Below, piece by piece: positions 47,418-57,278 of a stretch of DNA of 64,000 bases. The DNA is from Aphanocapsa lilacina HA4352-LM1. Lineage in GTDB: Bacteria; Cyanobacteriota; Cyanobacteriia; Gloeobacterales; Gloeobacteraceae. The stretch covers positions 633 to 64,632 of the forward strand of contig JAHHGR010000017.1 of assembly GCA_019359725.1 (NCBI GenBank). The letters run 5' to 3'. Within the stretch, counting starts at the first letter, position 1; every line of letters starts with the position of its first letter. Position numbers and translations under genes: made by a program. The notes under the pieces are model-generated. The model was not told the origin of the DNA and did no database searches. It saw only the letters and a list, made by a program, of their open reading frames with translations.

Positions 47418-48980
47418 ATGGCAAAGTTACTTTCAAGACGAACCTTTTTGGCCCTCAGCACCACCTTGAGCGCATCGGCCGTACTGATGGGCTCCTGGCG
47501 TGGCACCGCCACGGTGGCGGCGGAAGCGCCCTCCTACGGCGCCCAGGTGGGCGATGTCACCCCGACGCGCGCGGTGGTCTGGGCGCGCGGCCAGAGCGGT
47601 GCGCGTCTGGTGGTCGATTATTCGACCTCGCCGCGCTTCGAGCGGGTACAGACCCGCCGCGGCCCGCTGGTGAATGCTGCCACCGACTATACCGGCAGCC
47701 TCGATCTGGCGGGATTGCAACCTGGGACCGAGTACTACTATCAGGTGCGCTTCGTGCCGGTGGGCAAACCGGTCCTGCCGCCTGCCCGGCCGCGGGTCAC
47801 GGGGCGCTTCCGGACTGCGCCGCGCGCCGAGAATGCCGCCCCTTTGCGCTTTGTCTGGGTGGCCGACATGTGTGGCCAGGGCTGGGGCCGCAACCCCGAG
47901 CTTGAGATTACGACTGTGGACGGCCGCACCATCAAAGGCGGCTACGTGATCTTCGATGTGATTCGTCCCCTCAAGCCCGACTTTGCCATCTTCTGCGGCG
48001 ACATGGTCTACTCCGACAACGCCTGCCCGCCCACCCAGGAGATCCCCGCCGTCGTTGGGGGCGGCACCTGGATCAACGACCCGCCCAAGGACTTTGTGGC
48101 GGTCAGCCTCGAGGAGTTCCGCGAGAACTGGAAGTACAACCTGAGTGACGAGAAATTTCGGGCCTTTTTGGCCCAGACGCCCATCTATGTGCAGTGGGAC
48201 GACCACGAAGTCACCAACAACTGGTATCCGGGCGAGGTGCTTACCGCCGAGCCGTACAACGGCATCGGCGCGGATGCGTTGGCAGAGCGTGCGCGCCAGG
48301 CATTCTTTGAGTACAACCCGATCCGGGGCGAGCGCATCTACCGCGCCTACGGCTGGGGCAAGCTGATGGAGATGTTCTTGCTCGACGAGCGCTCCTTCCG
48401 GGGTGGCAACGACAGGAACACCCAGCCGGAGTTGCTGGCAATGTTGGGTCCTGAGCAATTGCAGTGGCTCAAGGAGCGTCTGAAAGCCTCGCGCTCTACC
48501 TGGAAGGTGATCGCCACCCACGACCCGCTGTCGATCGTCACCGGCGGCGAGGGCGACTACGACGCCTGGTCGCAAAACAACAGCCAGGTGCTCGGCCGCG
48601 AACAGGAACTGGCCGACTTGCTCAAGTTCATCAAAGACGAGGACATCCGTAACGTCGTGTGGATCACCGCCGATGTGCACTTTCCGGCCGCCATCCACTA
48701 CGATCCCACCCGGGCGGTCTACCAGGACTTCAATCCTTTCTGGGAATTTGTGATCGGTCCTATCCATGCCGGGGCCTTCGGTCCTGCCAGCGGCTTTCCC
48801 CTCGACGGGAGCTTCGGCCCGCGCTACGAATTCAATGTCTTTCCAGTGGAGGCCAACCTGCCGCCCCCGAACAACCAGTACTTCGGCGCCATCGACATCG
48901 ACGCGCGCGGCGCCTTGACCGCCCGTATCTACAAGATCACCGGCGAGGTGGTCTACGAGAAGACGCTCAGTCCCGTGTGA
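47418..48980 (+). CDS. phoD: Alkaline phosphatase D family protein with Tat signal
   Basis: SRRTFL, QVGDVT, FCGDMVYSD, WDDHEVTNNW, LDERSFR, TADVH. Confidence 0.9.
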   Translation: MAKLLSRRTFLALSTTLSASAVLMGSWRGTATVAAEAPSYGAQVGDVTPTRAVVWARGQSGARLVVDYSTSPRFERVQTRRGPLVNAATDYTGSLDLAGLQPGTEYYYQVRFVPVGKPVLPPARPRVTGRFRTAPRAENAAPLRFVWVADMCGQGWGRNPELEITTVDGRTIKGGYVIFDVIRPLKPDFAIFCGDMVYSDNACPPTQEIPAVVGGGTWINDPPKDFVAVSLEEFRENWKYNLSDEKFRAFLAQTPIYVQWDDHEVTNNWYPGEVLTAEPYNGIGADALAERARQAFFEYNPIRGERIYRAYGWGKLMEMFLLDERSFRGGNDRNTQPELLAMLGPEQLQWLKERLKASRSTWKVIATHDPLSIVTGGEGDYDAWSQNNSQVLGREQELADLLKFIKDEDIRNVVWITADVHFPAAIHYDPTRAVYQDFNPFWEFVIGPIHAGAFGPASGFPLDGSFGPRYEFNVFPVEANLPPPNNQYFGAIDIDARGALTARIYKITGEVVYEKTLSPV

Positions 48981-49029
48981 CAAGGTCTGAGGTGCCAGGT
49001 GTCAGTCAGTGCGTCCTGGCACCTCAGAC

Positions 49030-49938
49030 CTATCCAGATTGCTCGCCGCTGAAGCGCAGTTTGCTGCCGATGAACATGCGGTGGGTGACTTTGAGCCCGA
49101 GGGCCACCCCCCGGATGGTTTCTGTTTCGGCGTCGCTGATGAACCCGTCGGCCGCCGCCAGGCAAAAAAGCATGTCCACCAATCCCAGCGCCAGCGGGCG
49201 CTCGGCGTAGTTTTCGACCCCACGCACCAGCCGCGAGCGATCGAGGCTTCGCACGTAAGGGTCCACCAGCGTCTGGGCGACAAAGCGCGTCTGCGGCTCG
49301 CCCAGACGCAGGCAGCGGCGGATGCACGGGAGCGGGTCGGGCAACTCGCGCTGGAGTTCCCCCCAGGTGCACCCAGCCAGAGCACCGACGAACAAAAGTG
49401 AGCGCTGCTCGGGGGTGGGCGGTTCGCCGGCTTTGAAGGCAGCCACGTAGGGGTCGCTCGGGTAGTCGCGCTCGCGCCAAAGTTTCACCAGTTCCGCCTC
49501 CAGCGCAGCCAGAAGCGCGTCGCTCGAACGGCTGCTGACGAAGGGCCGTGCCGAGAAAAAGCCGCGCAGGCGGTTGGCAAATAAACCCAGATCGCCGGTA
49601 CTCTCGAAAAGATCCCGCACGCGCCCCAAAAACAAGCGCTCCGCCTCGTCAAGGTGCTCGTCGGCAGCGGCGAGTTGCTGAAGCCTGCTCAGCGCTTCCT
49701 CGCGCTCACGCCCGCTGTGGACCGCCTCGATGAGCCCCTTACTAAAATCCTCCGCCTGCTGGCGGGTGGTGGGCTGCTCCAGGTAGTACTGCAAGTAATT
49801 GCGCTGCTGTTCGCTGACATAAAATTCGCTCATCCACCGGCCGATGAGCCGGCGCTCTGCATCGGTCAACACACCGTCCGACCAACCGACGGCAATCAAC
49901 ACCTTAAGCAGGGCAATCTGAAAGCTGGACGCAGTCAT
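49030..49938 (-). CDS. TerB/DjlA-like protein with two TerB domains
   Basis: LIAVGWSDGVLTDAERRLI, LAAADEHLDEAERLFL, LAAADGFISDAETETIRGVALGL. Confidence 0.8.
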   Translation of the reverse strand: MTASSFQIALLKVLIAVGWSDGVLTDAERRLIGRWMSEFYVSEQQRNYLQYYLEQPTTRQQAEDFSKGLIEAVHSGREREEALSRLQQLAAADEHLDEAERLFLGRVRDLFESTGDLGLFANRLRGFFSARPFVSSRSSDALLAALEAELVKLWRERDYPSDPYVAAFKAGEPPTPEQRSLLFVGALAGCTWGELQRELPDPLPCIRRCLRLGEPQTRFVAQTLVDPYVRSLDRSRLVRGVENYAERPLALGLVDMLFCLAAADGFISDAETETIRGVALGLKVTHRMFIGSKLRFSGEQSG

Positions 49939-50045
49939 AGTCTTCTCAGTGTACGACGCTCCGACCACCTGCTACCCACCGCCGGGCACCTCCGGAGACC
50001 GGGGGCCGTCACAATGACGGTGTCGGTTCAACCCGGGAGAAAACC

Positions 50046-50402
50046 ATGACCAGGCGAACGGTTGTGATATTAGCGGCCCTAGCGGCCCTGGCCGGAACGC
50101 CGGGCGCATTTGCCCACCACGGCTGGAGCAACTACAACAGTGCCGAGACGCTCAATGTAAGCGGTAAGGTGCAGTCGGTGCGCTACGAATCGCCCCACGT
50201 GACCATCCAACTGCAGACCGCCGAAAAAGTCTGGCTCGCGGTCCTCGCTCCGCCCGCCCGCATGGAAAACCGGGGACTACCGAAGGCGGATCTGCAGCCG
50301 GGCATGGGCGTGCGTGTCGAAGGCTACGTGCACCGCAGCGAACCGAACGAACTGCGCGCCGAGCGGATTGTCGTGGGCGAGAAAACCATCGAGTTGCGCT
50401 GA
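50046..50402 (+). CDS. Secreted DUF6152-like protein
   Basis: Signal peptide ending AFA, then HHGWSNY...PHV...ELRAERI. Confidence 0.7.
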   Translation: MTRRTVVILAALAALAGTPGAFAHHGWSNYNSAETLNVSGKVQSVRYESPHVTIQLQTAEKVWLAVLAPPARMENRGLPKADLQPGMGVRVEGYVHRSEPNELRAERIVVGEKTIELR

Positions 50403-50878
50403 TGCTCCCGGAAAACTGGCTGCGGCAACTGGAGCAGACCGCCCCGGCCGTCGCTCTGCGCCAGGGGGTGTGGCTCTACCCGGCGGTGGAGATCGTCCAC
50501 ATCGCTGCTTTTGTGCTGGCGGTGGGCGCTGTCGCCCTTTTTGATCTGCGGCTGGTGGGGCTGGCCCGGGCGCTGCCGGTGGCTCCCCTCGCCCGTTTCC
50601 TGCTGCCGGTGGTACACAGAAGTTTTGCCGCCGCCGCCCTTTCCGGCTTGATGCTGTTTGCAACCGATGCCGCGGCCCTCGCCGCCAATCCGGCCTTTCG
50701 AGTCAAGCTTGCCCTGATTGCTCTGGCCGGAGCCAACGCGGCACTCCTGCGCGCAGGACCCTTGCGCACCGTCGAGCAGTGGACCAAGGTGCCTCCGGCG
50801 GCACGCTCGATGGCCGTCCTCTCTTTGCTGCTTTGGGGTGCGGTCCTCGTCTGCGGTCGCCTGATTGCCTATCTATAG
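50402..50878 (+). CDS. DUF6644-like four-TM membrane protein
   Basis: WLYPAVEIVHI, DLRLVG, NPAFRVKL, LWGAVLVCGRLIAY; TGATG overlap with the upstream gene. Confidence 0.7.
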   Translation: MLPENWLRQLEQTAPAVALRQGVWLYPAVEIVHIAAFVLAVGAVALFDLRLVGLARALPVAPLARFLLPVVHRSFAAAALSGLMLFATDAAALAANPAFRVKLALIALAGANAALLRAGPLRTVEQWTKVPPAARSMAVLSLLLWGAVLVCGRLIAYL

Positions 50879-51074
50879 ATAATCTTTTTGGCATAGATGC
50901 TTGTTTGTGCACTGTGCAGACTGCCCGTGGGATGGGCACCTGGCCAAGATCCGACTGGAGAGCGGATCTTGGCTGCCGGATCATTGTATCTAGTGTTACA
51001 AATCATGCGCAGGGATGGACAGCGGCGAGCTTTGGATATACGTGTAAGTGTGCTGGATCCAGGGAGCTTTCTGC

Positions 51075-51590
51075 ATGAAACTGTCTTTGGCCTTGAGTAC
51101 GTGCGCCCTACTGCTGTTGTCCGCCGCTCCGTTGAGCGCCATTGTCGCCAACGGGGAGACTTTCTTCAGCGTCGTGCCCAAGCTCACCCGCGCCATGACG
51201 ACCAACGTCAGCGCCTCGTACAACACCGCGACCTACACGTTCGACGTCACTGTCCCCTCCGACAGCGGCGAACCCCTCGGTGGTCTAGTCGTGGGCATTC
51301 CCAGGCGCGTGCGCGTTCCTGACCCGAATCAGATCCGGGTGTTGAGCGGGGGCACTTCGGTACCGCTGCAAGTCGAGAGCCTGAGCGGCCGGCGCCTGCG
51401 ATTGAACCTGCAGAAGCCGGTGAGCCCGGGTCAGGCGGTTACTATCGAACTTTCGACGATGCGCAACCCTCGCGGCGGCGGCACGTACTTGTTTGAAATC
51501 AACGCCCAACCCGTCGGCACCAACCCGTTTACCTACTTTCTCGGCTTTGGCCGGTTGGAGTTCTTTGCTGGCGGTAGCGGCAGCAGCTAG
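51075..51590 (+). CDS. DUF2808 domain secreted protein
   Basis: GETFFSVVPKL, ATYTFDV, PVSPGQAVTIEL, RNPRGGGTYLF, YFLGFGRL. Confidence 0.82.
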   Translation: MKLSLALSTCALLLLSAAPLSAIVANGETFFSVVPKLTRAMTTNVSASYNTATYTFDVTVPSDSGEPLGGLVVGIPRRVRVPDPNQIRVLSGGTSVPLQVESLSGRRLRLNLQKPVSPGQAVTIELSTMRNPRGGGTYLFEINAQPVGTNPFTYFLGFGRLEFFAGGSGSS

Positions 51591-51703
51591 CAGCAGCGCT
51601 GGGTCTGGGCGCAAATACGAGTATTGGGAAAGGGCAGTTTGCACTGATGCTGTCACCCGAAACTGGTCCGCGCCAAGCAGCACGAGTGCACCCGCGAGTG
51701 GTT

Positions 51704-52549
51704 ATGGAAAGCAACTGGTCGATTCAACCGACGGCGGACGGCTCGTTCACCTTCGCCTGTACGAGGACTGGGCGGGCGTTTCACAGCCGCACAGGAGCGT
51801 GCCGCGAAGCGCTGGGCAAGTTCGTCCGCCCCAGCGGCCTGTTGAACCGGCCCGAACCCATACGGGTGCTCGATGTCTGCTACGGCCTTGGCTATAACAG
51901 CGCCGCGCTGCTCGATACATTGTGGCGGGTCCGCCCCACAGCCCGCGTCGAGCTGGTGGCCCTCGATCTCGATTTCGGCACCGCCCGCACTGCCCACGCC
52001 CTGGGAGGGTTGGCCCTGTGGCCGCTTGCCGAGCCGCTCCTGGGGAGGCTGGCGGTCCAAGGAACAGTGCAAACCGAGCAACTGCAGGCCCAAGTCCTGG
52101 AGGGTGACGCCCGTCGCACCCTTCAGGCCGTGCCGTCCGCCTGGGCGGACGGCATCTACTTAGACCCATTTGCCCCGGAACACGATCCGCTGCTTTGGAC
52201 AGTGGAATTTTTGAGCCTGCTTGCCCAGAAACTACAGGCGGACGGAGCGCTGGTGACCTACGCCTGCGGCGCGGCGGTGCGCAAGGCATTGCTCCTGGCG
52301 GGGCTTGCGGTCGGTTCGACGCCGCCGGTGGGCCGCCGCAGCCCAGGGACGATCGCCAACTGGCACGGGGGGCTACCGCCGCTAGCCGCTCAAGAACTCG
52401 AACACCTCCAAACACGCGCCGCGATTCCCTACCGCGATCCCACCCTCACAGACGATGCCTCGACCCTGTACCGGCGGCGGCGCGAGGAGCAGCAGTGCAG
52501 TGACCTCGAGCCGAGTTCGCACTGGAAAAAACGGTGGGCCGACCGGTAG
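51704..52549 (+). CDS. MnmC-type (MnmD domain only) tRNA mnm5s2U methyltransferase-like protein
   Basis: TADGSFT, FHSRTGA, VLDVCYGLGYN, EGDAR, IYLDPFAP, LWTVEF. Confidence 0.82.
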   Translation: MESNWSIQPTADGSFTFACTRTGRAFHSRTGACREALGKFVRPSGLLNRPEPIRVLDVCYGLGYNSAALLDTLWRVRPTARVELVALDLDFGTARTAHALGGLALWPLAEPLLGRLAVQGTVQTEQLQAQVLEGDARRTLQAVPSAWADGIYLDPFAPEHDPLLWTVEFLSLLAQKLQADGALVTYACGAAVRKALLLAGLAVGSTPPVGRRSPGTIANWHGGLPPLAAQELEHLQTRAAIPYRDPTLTDDASTLYRRRREEQQCSDLEPSSHWKKRWADR

Positions 52550-52556
52550 CCGACCC

Positions 52557-53459
52557 TCAGCCCACCAACTCCGGCAAGGTGAAGCGCCGCAGCGAGCACT
52601 GCTGCTGTCGGTGGCTGAGGGACGCTGTTAAATATTCAAGCTCCCACGGTTTGAAGCTGCCGTTGCAGATATGGGAATTGAGTGGCTGGCAAGAGGTGTA
52701 GGTATAAAAAATCGCCAGGCGCTCGCGTTGGGTTGGCATCTTCCCACGGTGAAAGATGGTTGCCGTGTCGGCGAGAACCACGGTGCCGGCGCGGCCCAGA
52801 CATGTCTGCCAGAAGCTTTCAGGCACAAGGGACGCCACAGTCTTGAGGGGGATCCTGCCGTGTCGATAGCTGAGTTTATCGCGCAGGTAGGCGCTCAGGC
52901 GTTTGGAGATGTACTGAAAAGGGCCGGAGTGGGCGTCCACGTCGCTCAAGTAGACGATCACTTTGACCATGCGCAGATCCTCGTGGTCGGTATGCCAGTC
53001 GCGCGTTTTGACCTGGGCGCTATGCAGGGTCGAGCGCCTGAGGGCCGTTCCCATATACCGCGCAGGCAAGCCAAGATAAGTTTCGACAATATTGAGCAAA
53101 GATTCCTCCAGGCCCCACCGATAGAGCACCGGTGAATGCAAGATCGCTGCGTCGTCAAGCTTGAGATCTTGCTTGGCGGTGATCTCGGGCTGGGTGTCGT
53201 TAAGGGTGGGAATCCATCGCCGGGCGGCTTGCAGCATGGCCGCTGTCGAAGCAAGTGCAAGGTCCTCGAGGTGGGTCACATAGACACCTTCGCGCTCCAG
53301 GGCGTAGACGCAGTCGCGCTGCCTTTCAGACAATTGCGGCAGTTCCTTGCGGTGGATCTCCACCGCCAGGGCCTGGGCAAACTGAGAGGATAGACGAGCT
53401 GACGGTAAAGTATTAATTTCTCGTATAATCAGGTCGCGGGTGCGTCTTATCAGTGCCAT
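52557..53459 (-). CDS. 2OG-Fe(II) dioxygenase / PhyH-like protein
   Basis: WHTD, VKVIVYLSDV, GPFQYI, AGTVVLADT, FHRG. Confidence 0.75.
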   Translation of the reverse strand: MALIRRTRDLIIREINTLPSARLSSQFAQALAVEIHRKELPQLSERQRDCVYALEREGVYVTHLEDLALASTAAMLQAARRWIPTLNDTQPEITAKQDLKLDDAAILHSPVLYRWGLEESLLNIVETYLGLPARYMGTALRRSTLHSAQVKTRDWHTDHEDLRMVKVIVYLSDVDAHSGPFQYISKRLSAYLRDKLSYRHGRIPLKTVASLVPESFWQTCLGRAGTVVLADTATIFHRGKMPTQRERLAIFYTYTSCQPLNSHICNGSFKPWELEYLTASLSHRQQQCSLRRFTLPELVG

Positions 53460-53748
53460 GGCAATACGACATCCAAGTCTGAGTGTTCATAAAGCGTTGT
53501 CAGGATGCACCTGCAGGTCATCTGCTTTCCTTCAAACGGCAAACGGAAAAACCTGCTCCGCATACCACCTCCTAAGACAGCAGAGGACATGTTCACCTCA
53601 TTGATAAGAATATCTGCTGATAGTCTCAAAGAAATTGCGTGAAAAGAACGATCTTTTGAACCTTCTCTTTTGCGGTTCGAAGAAGCAGGTGCACGCTTAT
53701 CGGTCAGCCCCCCCATATTAGTGAAGTAGATCTACGTATTCATGCAGC

Positions 53749-54426
53749 TTACCGGGGCGGTCCCGAGGAATTTGAGGGGTATCGGACAGCGTTGGCGAGC
53801 AGTTGCTGCACCTCGCTGTCGGAGGTCTGCGAAAAATCTGCGTACCAGACTCCGACCGAAGTAAAGTTTCCCGGTGCAAGGGAGCAGATCAGTCTGTCGA
53901 CCAGGGGTTGTAGGGCAATCAGGGCGGAGGGAGCAGCCACGGGTACCGCGACAATCAACCGGGCGGGTTGTTGGGTGCGCACCGACTCGACGGCGGCGCG
54001 CATCGTGGCGCCCGTGGCCAAACCGTCATCGATGAGGATCACCGGCCGACGGCCGACAGCCGTGCGAGGGCGCTCGCCGCGGTAGAGCACCTCGCGCCTT
54101 TGCAGTTCGCGCTCCTCGACTGCAACCACCGCGGCGATTTGCGCTTCGCTGACGCCGCAGGAGCGGACGATAGGCTCGTTGAGCACCCGCACTCCGCCAG
54201 GAGCGATCGCCCCCATGGCCAGTTCTTCCTGGCCCGGCACGCCGAGTTTGCGCACGACGAGCACGTCGAGGTCGGCCCGCAGGGCGGCGGCCACCTCATA
54301 GGCAACTGGTACGCCACCGCGCGCCAGCCCAAGGACGAGCAGGCCAGGCACTTCGCGGTAGTCCCACAGGTGTGTCGCCAGTTGCCGGCCCGCGTCGCGG
54401 CGGTTGAAAAAAGGCCGGTGGCTCAT
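53749..54426 (-). CDS. Type I phosphoribosyltransferase family protein
   Basis: FFNRRDAG, VLGLARGGVPV, VRKLGVPGQEE, VILIDDGLATG, VGVWYADF. Confidence 0.9.
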   Translation of the reverse strand: MSHRPFFNRRDAGRQLATHLWDYREVPGLLVLGLARGGVPVAYEVAAALRADLDVLVVRKLGVPGQEELAMGAIAPGGVRVLNEPIVRSCGVSEAQIAAVVAVEERELQRREVLYRGERPRTAVGRRPVILIDDGLATGATMRAAVESVRTQQPARLIVAVPVAAPSALIALQPLVDRLICSLAPGNFTSVGVWYADFSQTSDSEVQQLLANAVRYPSNSSGPPR

Positions 54427-54532
54427 CGTGCATCACTTCCTGCTTCCAGGGTACCGTCCGGCGCCCGGGTGCACCAGTTCCTGGTCACGGACGCAAAAGC
54501 CTTCTACGATCAGCAGCAGCACCTTGCCGCCG

Positions 54533-55555
54533 ATGTCGTCGATGGGGTTTGTCGAAGCGCTGGGCAATCTGGCCCTGTTCATTTTTGTGGCGATCGATGT
54601 TGGGGCTATCTACCAGGCCGTCGCTTCGATCGCCGATCGCCGCAAATGGCCGCCGCCGGGTCGGCTGGTGGACGTGGGAGGCCACCGGCTGCATTTGCTC
54701 GAAGTCGGCTCGGGCGGGCCGACGGTGATTTTGGAGGCGGGCGGTGGTGCCTGGTCGCTGGAGTGGTGCCGGGTACAGGCGGAGGTGGGCAAATTCACCC
54801 GCACCGTCAGTTATGACCGGGCCGGTTATGGCTGGAGCGATGTGGGTCTTAAAAATCCGACCAGCCGCCAGGTGGCCGAGGAGCTGCACGCTTTGCTTGA
54901 AAAGGCGGGGATCGCCGGACCCTATATCCTGGTAGGCCGCTCTCTAGGTGGACTGCACGTGCACATGTTCGCCCATCTGTATCCACGGGAGGTGGCTGGG
55001 GTCGTGCTGGTAGACGCCAGCCACGAGGACGAAGATAGCCGCATCCTGCCGCAGTTGCGCGCCGCGGGTGAGCGCAATTTGTACTGGCTGAGCTGGCTGC
55101 GTCTACTCGCCCCGGTCGGGCTCATCCGTTTTGCCGGGTGGTGGGAAATTCTCCCCAGGCTAGGGACGATCGAAAAGCTGCCTGCGGAGCACCAGAGTGC
55201 CGCCCGGGCGGGGATTTTCCGCTCGCTCTACTGCAGCACCCTCTACAGTGAGTACCGGCATTTTGAGGAGAGTGCCGATCAAGTGCGGGCGGCGGGCTCC
55301 CTGGGGGATCTACCCCTCGCGGTGCTCACTGCCGCCAATCACCTCGATCCGGCCGAGTACTGCCAAGATTTTCCGATCGAAGCGAGCCGGCGCATCTGGT
55401 TGGAGCTGCAGGCAGAACTGGTGGCTCTTTCCAGCGAGAGCCACCAGAGCGTTCTGCCCGACTGCGGCAACTATATTTCGCTGGAGCGGCCCGAGGCGGT
55501 CGTGGCGGCGATCCGCTCGGTCTATCTCAAAGCGCGCGAACGGGTCGGGCGATGA
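54533..55555 (+). CDS. Alpha/beta hydrolase with N-terminal membrane anchor; catalytic His apparently replaced by Asn
   Basis: VILEAGGG, YDRAGYGWS, VGRSLGG, VLVDASH, CGNYISLERPE. Confidence 0.82.
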   Translation: MSSMGFVEALGNLALFIFVAIDVGAIYQAVASIADRRKWPPPGRLVDVGGHRLHLLEVGSGGPTVILEAGGGAWSLEWCRVQAEVGKFTRTVSYDRAGYGWSDVGLKNPTSRQVAEELHALLEKAGIAGPYILVGRSLGGLHVHMFAHLYPREVAGVVLVDASHEDEDSRILPQLRAAGERNLYWLSWLRLLAPVGLIRFAGWWEILPRLGTIEKLPAEHQSAARAGIFRSLYCSTLYSEYRHFEESADQVRAAGSLGDLPLAVLTAANHLDPAEYCQDFPIEASRRIWLELQAELVALSSESHQSVLPDCGNYISLERPEAVVAAIRSVYLKARERVGR

Positions 55556-55630
55556 TAACTGCGTCGCGTTTACAACCGAGCCGGCAGCGACTCGCACCGG
55601 TTGTCGGTCTTGCAGACGGGAGGAAAAACC

Positions 55631-56932
55631 ATGGCGCAGCGGCTTTACCGGGCGCTACCGCTTTTGATCTGGCTGGGGGTGCTCCGGGGGACGGGTATGC
55701 CGGCTATCCTTACCCAACAGGCTGCTGCTGAGACACCTATTATGTTGCGCCTGGCGGATTCGCCTAAGGCTCTGGTAGATGAAGTCTGGCAGACGGTCGG
55801 GCGCAAATTTTATGACCCGGGCTTCAATCGGCTCAACTGGCCGCAGGTGCGCAGTGAACTGTTGGGGCGCGAGTACGCCTCCAAAGACGATGCCTATCGG
55901 GCCATCCGCACGGCGCTCAAAAAGCTCGGCGATCCCTACACCCGCTTTTTGACCCCCCGCGAGTACCAGAACCTGTTGGAGCAGACCCGCGGCGAGTCGA
56001 TCGGGGTGGGCCTGCACCTGGGCACCGACGAAGCGACCGGGGTGCCGGTGATCGTCCGGGTGTTTCCAGATGGCCCGGCGGCCCGGGCCGGACTGCAGGT
56101 CAAAGACCAGATCGTCGCAGTCGATCGCCAACCGGCGGCGCGGCTGAATTTCGACGCCGTCACCCAGGCTATGGGCGGCGAAGAGGGCGCCGCCCTCACC
56201 CTGACCTTGCAGCGCGGCAGAGACGAGCCATTTACTGTGACCCTGACGCGCGCTGCCGTCGAATTGCCGGTGCTCAGCGCCCGGCTGCAGCAGGAGGGCG
56301 TCTTCAAGCTGGGTTATATCCAACTGCAAGCATTCAACACCAGGGCCGGGCGGGAAATGCGCACCGCCCTGGGCGCGCTCGCCCGCGCGGGAGCCCAGGG
56401 CTGGATTTTGGATCTGCGCAACAACCCCGGCGGCCGGGTGGACGCCGCCGCTGAGGTGACCAGCCTGCTGATGGCCGAAGGTGCAATCGTCTCGGCGGTC
56501 GAGCGCACCGGCGAGCGCGAGACGATCCGCACTACCGGTCCGTCTATCACCCAACTGCCGCTGGTGGTGCTGGTGGACCGCGGCTCCGCCTCCGCCAGCG
56601 AAATTGTCGCAGGCGCTTTGCAGGACCACCGCCGCGCGGTGCTGGTGGGGATGCCGACCTTCGGCAAAGGGGCAATCCAGCAGATCCACGCACTTTCGGA
56701 CGGCTCGGCGCTCAACGTCACGATCGCCCGCTACCGCACCCCCTGCGGCCGGGAAATCCACAAAAAAGGGCTCCGCCCGGATGTTCTGGTGAGTATGGCG
56801 GAGGGCATTCGCCAGCAGCTCACCGCCACCGGCAAGTGGGGCGGCGAGGCCGACGAGCAGTACCGCCGGGCGGCCTCGCTGCTCACCGAACAGCTGCAAA
56901 AAACCGTCAGCCTCGCAGCGCCGGGCCGCTAA
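55631..56932 (+). CDS. S41A carboxyl-terminal processing peptidase (CtpA family)
   Basis: LGDPYTRF, PDZ domain, LDLRNNPGG, SASASEI, TFGKG; orthology to the D1-processing CtpA is not established. Confidence 0.9.
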   Translation: MAQRLYRALPLLIWLGVLRGTGMPAILTQQAAAETPIMLRLADSPKALVDEVWQTVGRKFYDPGFNRLNWPQVRSELLGREYASKDDAYRAIRTALKKLGDPYTRFLTPREYQNLLEQTRGESIGVGLHLGTDEATGVPVIVRVFPDGPAARAGLQVKDQIVAVDRQPAARLNFDAVTQAMGGEEGAALTLTLQRGRDEPFTVTLTRAAVELPVLSARLQQEGVFKLGYIQLQAFNTRAGREMRTALGALARAGAQGWILDLRNNPGGRVDAAAEVTSLLMAEGAIVSAVERTGERETIRTTGPSITQLPLVVLVDRGSASASEIVAGALQDHRRAVLVGMPTFGKGAIQQIHALSDGSALNVTIARYRTPCGREIHKKGLRPDVLVSMAEGIRQQLTATGKWGGEADEQYRRAASLLTEQLQKTVSLAAPGR

Positions 56933-57278
56933 ATTGCCGAAGCAATATAAACACGCGGTTCTGCGGCTAAGCTCCAGTCCCAGGGCTTTTTGGCCTCTGC
57001 CGCGATTCTGGTGTTGAATTAGCTCCGCTGGCTCAGGACTCTCCATTGCATAAGTTCCTCGGGTCGAACATATACATTGGTAACCTTCTGTGGATCGATC
57101 CATAGTGCGCGCGGGATTTTCCAGACCCTTAACCAACGCATAATCTGAACCAGGGCTTGTGACCCGCGAGCCGCCCAAATGGTCTTTCTTATTGAAAAAT
57201 GCACAGCTAATGATTGATAGTCTTTTGAGCGAAAGGAAAGTCCGATGTTCCTTTCGATTAACCCTTCCGGAGCCGACT

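Noticed and set aside
57159-57278. N-terminal extension of the protease-nuclease ORF
   Set aside because: AT-rich and not protein-like; the ATG at 57279 is preferred. It does not resemble a signal peptide.
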